A stretch of DNA of 46,944 nucleotides from NCBI GenBank assembly GCA_017476375.1, contig JAFUZY010000118.1, positions 1 to 46,944 of the forward strand, read 5' to 3'. The DNA comes from Eubacterium sp. (GTDB lineage Bacteria; Bacillota; Clostridia; Oscillospirales; Acutalibacteraceae). Under the pieces are notes generated by a model. That model had not been told where the DNA came from and made no database searches. It saw nothing but the letters and a program-made list of their open reading frames with translations. Positions 36,399 through 46,297 of the stretch are shown here, in pieces (the stretch's first letter is position 1; every line of letters begins with the position of its first letter). A program made the position numbers and the translations under genes.

Positions 36399-36539
36399 AC
36401 TTCCCTCCTAAGTTTTTTATGCCGGTGAATGAGCATTCGGGATTCGAGCCCGACAAAGCTTAATCGGTTCGTTTTCCAAATGCTTAAATTTGTACAGTTA
36501 TATAATAACACAACTGTCTATTATTAATCAAGATATTTT

Positions 36540-38579
36540 TTAATCTAAAAGAGTTGCGTCCTTCTGCGCTTTTTTCTCATGTGAGTTATGAGAATAATAA
36601 TAGTCGATAACCGAAGAGGTTATTTCGGCTGTTGATGAACCCGAACCTGCCATTTCAATAGCGGTTGCAACACTTATTTCAGGGTTTTCATACGGCGCAT
36701 AGGTTATAAGAAATCCGTTATTATGCTTGATTCCGTTAACGATAACCGTTGAGGTTCCCGTTTTGCAGGCAACCTTGGTGTCAAGCTTGCTGAATACTCT
36801 GTAAGGTCCGCCGTCGGTTGCAACATAGCGCATTCCGCTCTGAACAATTTTAAGATTTTTTTCGCTTACATCAAGAGTCTGAACAACATTTATTCCCGTC
36901 TGCGAAACAACGTCGGTCGCATTTGAAATCCTTGATTTAACAAAATGCATCTGATACCGTGTTCCTCCGTTTGCAATCGTTGCACAGTAGTTGCAAAGCT
37001 GGAGGGGTGAAAAAAGGTTGTCGGACTGCCCGATGGCAGCCTGAACCGTGTCGCCAGGCGCCCAAATCATATCAAAGCGTTTTCTGTATTCGGGTCCGGC
37101 AAGAATGCCCTTTGCTTCGGGAATTTCAACGCCCGTTTTTTCTCCGAGGCCAAGCATTGTGCCATACATATTCATTTTCTCAATGCCGAGCCTTCTTGCG
37201 CAGCTGTAAAAGAATATATTACAGGAATCCTTTAGGGCTTCCCTGACATCGTCGCTTCCGTGAGTGTGAGCGCATTTAAAGGTGTGGTCTGCAACCTTCA
37301 TATATTTGTTGCAAACAAATCTTGTGTTTCCGATTATCGCGCCCTCTTCAAGAGAGGCAATCGCCATCATGGGTTTGAAGGTTGAACCGGGTGCATATGT
37401 TCCAAGCGCAAAACGGTTGTAAAGAGGGGTTAGCCTCTGGCTTGCAAGCTCGGAATAATGCTCATAATAATCATTGAGGTCATACGAGGGATAGCTTGCC
37501 GCTGCAAGAACTTCGCCGTTGTTGCAGTCTTCAACAACAACTGCGCCTGTTGAATTATAAACATCAACCTTTCGGCAAATTGCCCTCAGCTTATCCTGCG
37601 CAAGCTTTTGCATATCCTTGTCAATGGTTAAAACAATTGTATCGCCCTGAACAGGCTCCTTGGTTATCTCCTCGATAACATTTCCCTTATCGTCGATTGT
37701 AACGGTTTTCTCGCCAGCCGTTCCGCGAAGAAACGGCTCCATTGCCGCTTCAATTCCGGATTCGCCGATTTCATCATTAATGCCGTAGCCATCGTTTCTC
37801 AGGCGTTCATATTCCTCGGCATTTATTTTGCGAACAGTTCCGATTATATGCGGGGCAAGGGTTGAATCAGCGTATTCTCTGTATGCAACAACCTTAACAT
37901 TTGCGCCTTTATACGCCTGATTGTTTTCCTTAATCATCGCAACGGTTTTATCCGAAACATCGGGAGCGATTGTTACGGGATTTGAAACCGAAAAAAGCAG
38001 TCGGGGCAGCTCGTATCTTATGTTCCCTATTTCAAGAGCGGTTTTTATTCCGTATTTTTCAAGATAATCCTCAAGCTCGTATTTTTCAATCATTGCGTCG
38101 AAGCAATTCTGCGCCGTTGCATAATTCTGAAGATTAAACATATCCTTATTCTTCATTGTGGCAATTGCTTTTTCATAATTTTCATCGTCTGCTTCAGTGA
38201 AGAAAACTATTTTTTTGCCTTTAAGCTTCAGGGGAAGATTATGAACATATTCTTCCTTATTCTTGGTGAAGAGCTTTATGAGATTATAAACTATTTCATT
38301 TCTTTCATTATTCTCTTTGTTTGAAGGGAAATAGGCGGCATCAAGGATAATGCTGTTTCCCTGTCGGTTTGTTACAAGCGGATTACCGTTTCGGTCAACT
38401 ATTTCACCGCGAGCGGCTTCAAGCGGAACCTTATATGTTTTAACGGTATTATTCTGTGCTGCATAGTATTCATTATTCTTAATCTGAATATCGTATAGCT
38501 CAAATGCAAAGCCGAAAACGGTTAAAACAACAAGAAAAATAACAAAGGTCGTTCTTGCACTCTTATAGATTTTTCCCAC
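36540..38579 (-). CDS. mrdA: Penicillin-binding protein 2 (class B)
   Basis: RGEIVDRNG, STFK, SCN, KTGT; follows mreBCD. Confidence 0.9.
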   Translation of the reverse strand: MGKIYKSARTTFVIFLVVLTVFGFAFELYDIQIKNNEYYAAQNNTVKTYKVPLEAARGEIVDRNGNPLVTNRQGNSIILDAAYFPSNKENNERNEIVYNLIKLFTKNKEEYVHNLPLKLKGKKIVFFTEADDENYEKAIATMKNKDMFNLQNYATAQNCFDAMIEKYELEDYLEKYGIKTALEIGNIRYELPRLLFSVSNPVTIAPDVSDKTVAMIKENNQAYKGANVKVVAYREYADSTLAPHIIGTVRKINAEEYERLRNDGYGINDEIGESGIEAAMEPFLRGTAGEKTVTIDDKGNVIEEITKEPVQGDTIVLTIDKDMQKLAQDKLRAICRKVDVYNSTGAVVVEDCNNGEVLAAASYPSYDLNDYYEHYSELASQRLTPLYNRFALGTYAPGSTFKPMMAIASLEEGAIIGNTRFVCNKYMKVADHTFKCAHTHGSDDVREALKDSCNIFFYSCARRLGIEKMNMYGTMLGLGEKTGVEIPEAKGILAGPEYRKRFDMIWAPGDTVQAAIGQSDNLFSPLQLCNYCATIANGGTRYQMHFVKSRISNATDVVSQTGINVVQTLDVSEKNLKIVQSGMRYVATDGGPYRVFSKLDTKVACKTGTSTVIVNGIKHNNGFLITYAPYENPEISVATAIEMAGSGSSTAEITSSVIDYYYSHNSHEKKAQKDATLLD

Positions 38580-38614
38580 GGTAATCACTCCTTTCCTAAT
38601 ATTTATAGGCGTTT

Positions 38615-39142
38615 TTAATCCTCTTCGCTCTCTTTGTTGAGTTTCCTTTTAAGAGGCGTCAGGATTGCATAGAGAATCGGCATCATAGCAACCGTATATA
38701 AAAAGCAGGGCAAATAGAAGGTTAAAAAGCTGACGGCGCTTCCGTCAACACCTTTTCGCAAAACGAAGAACAGCCAGTATAAAAGAACATATGTAAGCGA
38801 AATAATGCCCGTTGCCGCAAGCTCTATTCTGAAAGTATCACGAAAGATAAAAGTTTCCAGAGCGGACATTATATAACACATCAGCATAAGGAATATGCAG
38901 TTGAATCCCATATGCGAAGCGCTTACAGCATCCCATAAAAAACCGGCAAAAAGACCGAGCAGAGCGGAAACCTTTTCATCCTCGCCAAGCCCTGCAATAA
39001 CGCATACCGGAATCAGAAAAAAACATCTCGCGCTTCCGATTTCAAACCAGAGTCCGCCAACATTCTGCAACAGAGCAAAAGCGGCGATAACAAGGCAAAA
39101 AACGGAGTATTTAATTGTTTTTTCTCTTTTTGAAAGTTCCAT
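38615..39142 (-). CDS. mreD: Rod shape-determining protein MreD
   Basis: Hydrophobic, GLFAGFLWD; operon context. Confidence 0.85.
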   Translation of the reverse strand: MELSKREKTIKYSVFCLVIAAFALLQNVGGLWFEIGSARCFFLIPVCVIAGLGEDEKVSALLGLFAGFLWDAVSASHMGFNCIFLMLMCYIMSALETFIFRDTFRIELAATGIISLTYVLLYWLFFVLRKGVDGSAVSFLTFYLPCFLYTVAMMPILYAILTPLKRKLNKESEED

Positions 39143-39151
39143 TTTGTATCC

Positions 39152-39985
39152 TTATTTCTTAAAATCCGTTAAAACAAAGCATGAGGATATTTCATCTATA
39201 TCAACTCCCGGTGAAACAACCGCATATGAAGAAATATCGCTTGCCTCATCTGCAATTTCGTCAACTGTTCCGATAAGAAGTCCTTTCGGAACGCTGTTGC
39301 TTATTCCGGCTGTGCAGATAATTGAGCCATATGAAATATCTGTTGATGAATTGAGGTTTGCCATCTTGCACTTACCCTCTCTTGCAAGCCTTGCATTGCC
39401 CGTTACATATGATATTTCATTTGAAAGTATTTCATAAGCCGAAACGTTGAAATTAGCGTCAAGCACGGTTTCAACAACGCTGTAATCGGGATACGCCTTA
39501 TCAATAATGCCGACGATGTATTTTCCGTATAAAACGGCGTCTCCCTCTTTTACGCCGCTTAAAAGACCTTTGCTTATGGTAAAGGATTTATAAATATCCG
39601 CACTGTCGCGCCCGATAACGGAGGCTTCAACAAATTTATAATCCTTGTTCTCCTCTTTAAGCTCAAGAAATTCCTTATAAAGCTCGTTTTGGGTTTTAAG
39701 GTTTTCATAATCGGCAAGCTGAGCGCGCAAATCGCCTATTTCATCATTAAGCGCTTCGATTTCCTTTTCGTACGCAGCGTTTCCGCCTGCATTTTTTGAA
39801 ATTCTGCCGATTGTGTCGCTGATTTTTGACGCAACGAAGTGGCAGGGCGCAAAAACAGTTCCGATAACAGTGCTCTGAGCTGTTTCACCGTGGCCGTTTG
39901 CGGCAGAAATAAGCGCGCCGATAAGCAAAAGAGCAATTATACCGGCAATCAGCCTGAATCTGCTGCTTTTAAATATATCTTTCAT
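39152..39985 (-). CDS. mreC: Rod shape-determining protein MreC
   Basis: TM + coiled coil, ASVIGR, PKGLLIG.V. Confidence 0.9.
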   Translation of the reverse strand: MKDIFKSSRFRLIAGIIALLLIGALISAANGHGETAQSTVIGTVFAPCHFVASKISDTIGRISKNAGGNAAYEKEIEALNDEIGDLRAQLADYENLKTQNELYKEFLELKEENKDYKFVEASVIGRDSADIYKSFTISKGLLSGVKEGDAVLYGKYIVGIIDKAYPDYSVVETVLDANFNVSAYEILSNEISYVTGNARLAREGKCKMANLNSSTDISYGSIICTAGISNSVPKGLLIGTVDEIADEASDISSYAVVSPGVDIDEISSCFVLTDFKK

Positions 39986-39996
39986 TATCTCGCCCT

Positions 39997-40977
39997 TTAT
40001 CTTGTTCTTCTTAGTTTTATTGATGTTCCGAGAGCTACGCAGTTTTCGGGGTTTTCGGGAGTTATAACGGGAATTTTGATTTCCCTTTCAATAACCTCGC
40101 CGAGACCTCTGAGCCTGCTTGCTCCCCCTGTTAAATATATTCCTCGTTCAATTATGTCAGCCGACAGCTCGGGAAGAGTTACCTCAAGCGTTTCCTTGAT
40201 TGCCGAAATAATTGAATCAACATTTTCTTTAAGTACACCCCTTATATCGGCAGAGCTTATTTCAGCGCTTGCCGGGAGACCGTCGGTTACATTTCTTCCG
40301 CGGATTTCCATTGTTGCCTCGCCGTCGTATTCGGCAGCCGAGCCGATTTTTATTTTAATATCCTCGGCAGTTCTTTCGCCGATGAGAAGATTATGTTCCT
40401 TCTTCATATAGTTGACAATAGCCTCGTCAAATGCGTCGCCGCCAACCTTGATGCTCTTGCTTGACGCTATGCCTCCAAGGGATAAAACAGCTATATCGCA
40501 GGTTCCGCCGCCGATGTCAATAATCATTGAGCCTGTTGCCTCAAAAACCGGAAGTCCTGCGCCGAGTGCGGCAGCCATCGGGGATTCAATAAGCTCAACG
40601 TCCTGAGCGCCTGCGGAGCGAACGGCGTCCTCAACCGCACGCCTTTCAACCTCGGTTACATCCGAAGGAACGCAGATACCAACACTTGTTTTTGTGAAAA
40701 TATTGCGCTTGCTCGAACGATACATAAAATCATGGAGCATATCGGCAGTCATATCAAAATCGGCAATAACGCCGTCTCTTATAGGTCTTACGGCAACGAT
40801 TGAACCGGGAGTTCTGCCTATCATATTCTTTGCTTCGCTTCCCGTTGCCAGAACTCTTTTTGACTTAACGTCAACGGCAACAACGCTCGGCTCGTTAATA
40901 ATAATATGGCCTCTTTTATCGGTTACAACTGTTGTTGAGGTTCCGAGGTCAATTCCAATTTCTCTTGAAAAAATCAT
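39997..40977 (-). CDS. mreB: Rod shape-determining protein MreB
   Basis: GIDLGT, EPSVVA, GVIADF, TEVERRA, DIGGGT, LTGG. Confidence 0.95.
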   Translation of the reverse strand: MIFSREIGIDLGTSTTVVTDKRGHIIINEPSVVAVDVKSKRVLATGSEAKNMIGRTPGSIVAVRPIRDGVIADFDMTADMLHDFMYRSSKRNIFTKTSVGICVPSDVTEVERRAVEDAVRSAGAQDVELIESPMAAALGAGLPVFEATGSMIIDIGGGTCDIAVLSLGGIASSKSIKVGGDAFDEAIVNYMKKEHNLLIGERTAEDIKIKIGSAAEYDGEATMEIRGRNVTDGLPASAEISSADIRGVLKENVDSIISAIKETLEVTLPELSADIIERGIYLTGGASRLRGLGEVIEREIKIPVITPENPENCVALGTSIKLRRTR

Positions 40978-41079
40978 ATATTGCTTCTCACTTTCGTGTT
41001 AATTTGATAACTTGAATATATATTATATAATAACATTTTGCTAATCTCAACAATAAAATATGAATTTTTTAAAAAAATA

Positions 41080-41150
41080 GCGGTGACAGAGGTCTCACCC
41101 CCGTCACCGCAACCGATAACTAACAACTAAAAACTAACAACTAACAACTA
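41080..41150. repeat. REP-like hairpin + heptamer tandem repeat (AACTAAC) x4.7
   Basis: GCGGTGAC/GTCACCGC at 41080-41110; repeats at 41118-41150 abutting a stop codon. Confidence 0.85.
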
Positions 41151-42017
41151 TTAACTGATTTCCGTTGTAAATTCGTAGCCCTGATGAATAATATCGTCAA
41201 TAACCTTTCCGAGAATTTCGGAATTTGTTTTGCTGACTGCGTGAAGAAGCAGGATTTCACCGGGATGCGTTGCCTCACAAATATCGGTAAACGCCTTTGT
41301 TGCCTCGGGCTGACTGTCAGGGTCCCAGTCAGCATAGGCATATGACCAGAAAATGCTTTCATATCCGAGGTCCTGAGCAATTTTCAGGCTCTGCTCGGAA
41401 AACTCACCCTTAGGAAAACGAAAATAACGCATTGTATAATTATAGTTTTCCTGAATATAGTTGTGCAGAAAGGCAATTTCCTCTTTTGCTGTTTCGGTAT
41501 CAAGCTCATCCATTGAATAATGATGATAGGAATGGTTGCCTACGGTGTGTCCCTCGTTAATCATTCTTTTAATCAGCTCATCATTATCCCTTGCAAAATC
41601 ATAGGTAACAAAGAAAACCGCCTTAACGTTCTTTTCCTTCAATGTGTCGAGAATTGCAGGAGTGAAGCCGTTTTCATAGCCCTCGTCAAAGGTTAGCGCA
41701 ATCTTCTTTTCATCGCCGAGAAGCCAGCTTGCGCCGTATTTTCCGAAGGTGTTTTGCAGCCCCTTCGGTTCCTGCGGCTGAGCATGATTTTCAATTTTTC
41801 CGAACCCCCATACAACCTTGCTCGTCGAAAGGGAATCAAGCCCTGCAACAGCTTCGGCAGTCGGCGAAGTCGTGCTTTCGGGAATTGTTGTTGAAAGCGC
41901 AGTTGTTGATGAATTATTACTATTTGTATTATTTTCCTGCGTATTCTGCGCCATTCCCCGTGCGGCACAACCGCTGAGAAGAGCTAAACAGAGCAGCGGA
42001 ATTATCAATTTTTTCAA
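41151..42017 (-). CDS. Polysaccharide deacetylase lipoprotein (PdaA-like)
   Basis: Lipobox LSGC; LTFDEGYENG, GNHSYHH, FRFPKG, LLH. Confidence 0.9.
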   Translation of the reverse strand: MKKLIIPLLCLALLSGCAARGMAQNTQENNTNSNNSSTTALSTTIPESTTSPTAEAVAGLDSLSTSKVVWGFGKIENHAQPQEPKGLQNTFGKYGASWLLGDEKKIALTFDEGYENGFTPAILDTLKEKNVKAVFFVTYDFARDNDELIKRMINEGHTVGNHSYHHYSMDELDTETAKEEIAFLHNYIQENYNYTMRYFRFPKGEFSEQSLKIAQDLGYESIFWSYAYADWDPDSQPEATKAFTDICEATHPGEILLLHAVSKTNSEILGKVIDDIIHQGYEFTTEIS

Positions 42018-42025
42018 AATAAAAA

Positions 42026-42057
42026 CCTCCTTTTTCTTATTGTCCGAAAAAAGGAGG
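42026..42057 (-). terminator. Hairpin after prfB whose 3' arm is the SD of the deacetylase gene
   Basis: Minus strand CCTCCTTTTT...AAAAAGGAGG followed by TTTTT. Confidence 0.65.
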
Positions 42058-42075
42058 CATTATATTAATGTTAAA

Positions 42076-43191
42076 TTATTCGTTATTTTCAATACTTTTC
42101 ATTTTAAGGTAAGCATTGATGAAGCCGTCTAAATCACCGTCCATAACCGCGGTAATATTTCCCATTTCAAAATTTGTTCGATGGTCTTTGACCATTGTAT
42201 ACGGCATAAAAACATATGAACGAATCTGCGAGCCCCAGGCAATCTCCTTTTGGTCGCCCTTAATGTCTTCAATTCTTTCAAGGTTTTCGCGTTCTTTGAT
42301 TTCAACAAGCTTTGATTTAAGCATACGCATTGCAACCTCGCGGTTCTGATGCTGGGAACGCTCAATCTGACAGGAAACAACAATTCCCGTAGGTATATGG
42401 GTTAAACGAACTGCCGAGGAGGTTTTGTTTACCTTCTGTCCGCCTGCGCCGGACGCTCTGTAAACATCCATTTTAATATCCTCTTCACGGATTTCAACAT
42501 CAATGTCGTCGTCAATCTCAGGCATAACCTCAAGAGATGCAAACGAGGTGTGGCGCCTTCCCGAGGAATCAAAAGGAGAAACACGAACAAGGCGATGGAT
42601 TCCCATTTCACCTTTAAGATAGCCGTATGCGTTTTCGCCTTCAATAAGAATTGTTGCGCTTTTTATTCCCGCAACATCACCGTCGAGATAATCAAGGGTT
42701 GAAACCTTGTATCCGTGGCGCTCGCCCCAGCGGTTATACATCCTGAAAAGCATCTCAGCCCAGTCCTGAGCCTCGGTTCCGCCTGCACCTGCATGGAAGG
42801 TTAAAATGGCGTTGTTGTCGTCAAATTCACCGCTGAGAAGAGTTGAAAGGGTTAAGCTTTCAATTCGGTTTTCAATATCCCTGACAGCCTGTGTGTTATC
42901 TTCAATAAGCTCTGCGTCCTCTTCCTCGTCGGCAAGCTCAATCATAACGAGCGCATCGTCAAAATCCCTTTTAAGCTCCTCGTAGCTTTGAACCTTTGCC
43001 TTAAGCGAACCGATTTTCTGCATTGTTTTTTGGCTTTTTTCCATATCATCCCAAAAATCGGGAGACGCGCTCTCTTTTTCAAGCTCGGAAATTTCTTCTT
43101 TTAAATGGTCGATGCTGAGGGCTTCCTTTAAATTTTCAATGGGCTCCTCGCTTTGCATCAGCCTTTGTTTTAATTCTTCATATTCAATCAT
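42076..43191 (-). CDS. prfB: Peptide chain release factor 2 (continuous ORF, no programmed frameshift)
   Basis: SPF and GGQ motifs; GGAG RBS; no internal TGA. Confidence 0.97.
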   Translation of the reverse strand: MIEYEELKQRLMQSEEPIENLKEALSIDHLKEEISELEKESASPDFWDDMEKSQKTMQKIGSLKAKVQSYEELKRDFDDALVMIELADEEEDAELIEDNTQAVRDIENRIESLTLSTLLSGEFDDNNAILTFHAGAGGTEAQDWAEMLFRMYNRWGERHGYKVSTLDYLDGDVAGIKSATILIEGENAYGYLKGEMGIHRLVRVSPFDSSGRRHTSFASLEVMPEIDDDIDVEIREEDIKMDVYRASGAGGQKVNKTSSAVRLTHIPTGIVVSCQIERSQHQNREVAMRMLKSKLVEIKERENLERIEDIKGDQKEIAWGSQIRSYVFMPYTMVKDHRTNFEMGNITAVMDGDLDGFINAYLKMKSIENNE

Positions 43192-43340
43192 ATACAAGCT
43201 CCAATATTATGTTATACGGTATTATATAATATTATGCTTCTTATTTCAAGTTTAAAAAGTATACAACAAATAATTGATTTTTTTTAATATAAACAGTATA
43301 ATACCAGTTAAAGAGAAAATAAAGGAAGAAGGAGATTGAT

Positions 43341-44348
43341 ATGCCTTTATTTAATAATTCCGCCTGTCCTGTTTGTAACAGAGTTTTTGAGGACGGCGAC
43401 GATATTGTTTACTGCCCCGAATGCGGAACGCCGCATCACAGAGAGTGCTATAACGCAGTTGGCCACTGCGTTAACCGCGGGCTTCATTCCTCGGGATACA
43501 GCTACTACGACGATATGAAAGCAAAGGAAACACCTGTATCCGAGATTAAAGAAGAAAATGACGAAAACGACTCGGCTTCTTTCTTTTTCGGCAATTCAAA
43601 AGCCGAGCAGACCGATGAAAATCCCGCACAGCCGCTGCCCTTTGTTATTCCGAGCTATTCTCAGTTCGACAGCATTTATGAAAAAGACGACCAGAAAATA
43701 GACGGCGAAAGCGTTGCCGATTTTGCGGTTACCATTCGGACAAACATTCCCCGTTTCATCAACCTTTTTAAGGAATTTGAATATAAGGGAAGGAAAACGA
43801 GCTGGAACTGGGGCGCGTTCTTCTTCGGTTCGCTTTATCTGTTTTTCAGAAAGATGTACAGGCAGGGCTTCGCCTTTATGAGCGCCTTTGTTGCGATTGT
43901 TTACGCAAGCTCGTTTGCAATTCTTAAACTTGCGCCAAAATACGTTGAGGCAGCAAAGAATTTTGCAGACCTTTACGCTCAGAATAAAATAACAACCGAG
44001 GATATTGAGGCGATTTCAAAGGTTTCAGACCTTTCAACGGCAAACACAATTATTTATATTGCCTTTTTTGCCGTTCTCGCACTAAGAATTATTCTCGCAC
44101 TTTTTACAGACAGATTTTATAAAAAAACCGTTTCGGAATTTATAAAAAATGTTAACAAACAGCTTGGCGACGGCGCTTCCTTCGTTCAACCGCAGATATT
44201 TACCGCTCAGAACAATGAATTAACGCAGCTTCAGATGAAGCGCTATTATCTCGCAAGGCGGGGCGGCACGAGCCTGTTCTTGCCGCTTGGGGCATCGTTT
44301 GTAATATATTTCTTAACAATGCTTGCATACCAGACATTATTTTTCTAA
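43341..44348 (+). CDS. RING-like zinc finger + DUF2628 membrane protein
   Basis: CPVC...CPECGTPHHREC...C; SWNWGAFFFG.LY.FFRKMY. Confidence 0.8.
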   Translation: MPLFNNSACPVCNRVFEDGDDIVYCPECGTPHHRECYNAVGHCVNRGLHSSGYSYYDDMKAKETPVSEIKEENDENDSASFFFGNSKAEQTDENPAQPLPFVIPSYSQFDSIYEKDDQKIDGESVADFAVTIRTNIPRFINLFKEFEYKGRKTSWNWGAFFFGSLYLFFRKMYRQGFAFMSAFVAIVYASSFAILKLAPKYVEAAKNFADLYAQNKITTEDIEAISKVSDLSTANTIIYIAFFAVLALRIILALFTDRFYKKTVSEFIKNVNKQLGDGASFVQPQIFTAQNNELTQLQMKRYYLARRGGTSLFLPLGASFVIYFLTMLAYQTLFF

Positions 44349-44366
44349 TATTGATTGGAGTAGATT

Positions 44367-45242
44367 ATGAAAAAAGTCAGAAAAGCTATAATACCTGCCG
44401 CAGGACTCGGAACAAGAGTTCTTCCTGCATCAAAGGCAATCCCGAAGGAAATGCTTAACATTGTTGATAAACCGGCTATTCAGTACATTGTTGAAGAGGC
44501 GTTCAACAGCGGAATAGAAGAGGTTTTGATTATAACAAACAGAGGAAAAGAAGCCATTGAAGACCATTTTGACCACGCCTTTGAGCTTGAAACAAAGCTT
44601 GAAGGAGTAAAGGGCAAAGAGGATATATTGGCGTCGGTTAAGGAATGCTCCTCCTTCGGAAACATTTATTTTCTTCGTCAGAAGGAAACGGGCGGACTCG
44701 GCCACGCAGTTCTTTGTGCAAAATCCTTTGTCGGCGATGAGCCGTTTGCGGTTTTATACGGCGACGATGTTATTATTTCCGAAAAGCCCGTTACAAAACA
44801 GTTAATCGACGCATACTATAAATACGAAAAAGGTGTTGTCGGCGTTAAAGAGGTTGACAGCGAAAGTATTTTAAAGTATTGCTCTCTTAAGGTTGATAAA
44901 ATGGCAGAAGGAAACTACATCTGCACCGATATGATTGAAAAGCCGAAAAAAGAAGAAATTATGAGCAATTTTTCAATCCTCGGAAGAGTTGTTATGCCTC
45001 CCCAGATTTTTGAAATTCTTGAATCAACGCCAAAGGGCGCAGGAAACGAGCTTCAACTTACGGACGCGATGAAAACTCTTGCGAGAACCGAAGGCGTTAT
45101 TGCCGTTGATTATGAAGGCACAAGATACGATATGGGAAACAAATTCGGAATTCTTCAGGCAAATATTGAGGTTGGCTTGAAGCATCCCGAAACAAAAGAG
45201 CAGTTAAAAGATTTTATCAATGAACTTGCAAAAAAATTATAG
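44367..45242 (+). CDS. galU: UTP--glucose-1-phosphate uridylyltransferase
   Basis: KAIIPAAGLGTR.LP.SKAIPKEML, GLGHAV, ELQLTDA. Confidence 0.95.
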   Translation: MKKVRKAIIPAAGLGTRVLPASKAIPKEMLNIVDKPAIQYIVEEAFNSGIEEVLIITNRGKEAIEDHFDHAFELETKLEGVKGKEDILASVKECSSFGNIYFLRQKETGGLGHAVLCAKSFVGDEPFAVLYGDDVIISEKPVTKQLIDAYYKYEKGVVGVKEVDSESILKYCSLKVDKMAEGNYICTDMIEKPKKEEIMSNFSILGRVVMPPQIFEILESTPKGAGNELQLTDAMKTLARTEGVIAVDYEGTRYDMGNKFGILQANIEVGLKHPETKEQLKDFINELAKKL

Positions 45243-45262
45243 ATTAAGGAAGAAAATGATTA

Positions 45263-46294
45263 ATGGATAATCCTTATTTTTATCAAATGCCGAATGTTAA
45301 CCCGCAGCTTCAGCAGGCTTATCAGCAGCATATGTTTTATAAGCTTAAAAGAAAAAAAGAAATATCTGAGCTTATAAGAACGGGAATAACTATCGGCGCA
45401 ACCCTTATTGCCAGCCTTATAATACAGACGATTCTTGTTTGGGTTCTTCAACAGAGCGGATATTATGACACCTATCTTAATTCCTCGCTGTTTCAAAACG
45501 CCTTTAATATAATAGCCGTTGATATATGTTCGCTTTTGATTCCGTTTTTCATTATGTCGCGGATTCTGAAAAACAGATACACAGGCGACCTCATTCCAAA
45601 ACAAAAGGTAGGAAAACTAACTGCGTTTGCATGGATTTCAGTCGGTATGGGCTGCTGCGTTGGCGCAAACTATATAACCGCCTTTGTTATCGCCCTTTTC
45701 AAGCAGTTTGGCTATAAGCTCACTCAGTCTGAGTATAACGACCCTTCAAATGCTCTTGAATGCGCCGTTCTTGTTTTTTCAACTGCGCTTGCACCTGCGC
45801 TTTTTGAGGAATTTGCCATGCGATGCTGCACGCTCGGCGCACTGAGAAAATACGGAAAGGGTTTTGCCGTTTTTGCAGTGAGCATAGTTTTCGGACTTAT
45901 CCACGGCAATGTTATTCAGTTTGTTTTTGCTTTTATTCTCGGACTGATTTTCGGATATATAACCATTGTTACAGACAGCGTTGTTCCCGCAATGTTTATC
46001 CACGGCTTCAACAATCTTATTTCGGTTATTAACGATATAATGGTTTTTGCTTTCAAAACCGATAAGGTAACCGAATATGTCGGCTCTGTGTGTTATCTTG
46101 TATGGCTTGGCATTGCCGTTTGGGGACTTATTTATTTAATAATCAACAAAAAGTTTTTCCCAAAAAGAGAAAAAAAGGCTCGCGAGCCCTATGCGCTCTC
46201 CTTCGGAACAAAGGTTTTATGCCTAATTCCCGGACTTATCATTCCTTTTTTAATACTGGTTTATTTAACGAAGCAAACTGTTGTGCCGATTTAA
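45263..46294 (+). CDS. CPBP-family intramembrane metalloprotease
   Basis: EEFAMR, FGLIH, HGFNN. Confidence 0.9.
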   Translation: MDNPYFYQMPNVNPQLQQAYQQHMFYKLKRKKEISELIRTGITIGATLIASLIIQTILVWVLQQSGYYDTYLNSSLFQNAFNIIAVDICSLLIPFFIMSRILKNRYTGDLIPKQKVGKLTAFAWISVGMGCCVGANYITAFVIALFKQFGYKLTQSEYNDPSNALECAVLVFSTALAPALFEEFAMRCCTLGALRKYGKGFAVFAVSIVFGLIHGNVIQFVFAFILGLIFGYITIVTDSVVPAMFIHGFNNLISVINDIMVFAFKTDKVTEYVGSVCYLVWLGIAVWGLIYLIINKKFFPKREKKAREPYALSFGTKVLCLIPGLIIPFLILVYLTKQTVVPI

Positions 46295-46297
46295 GAT

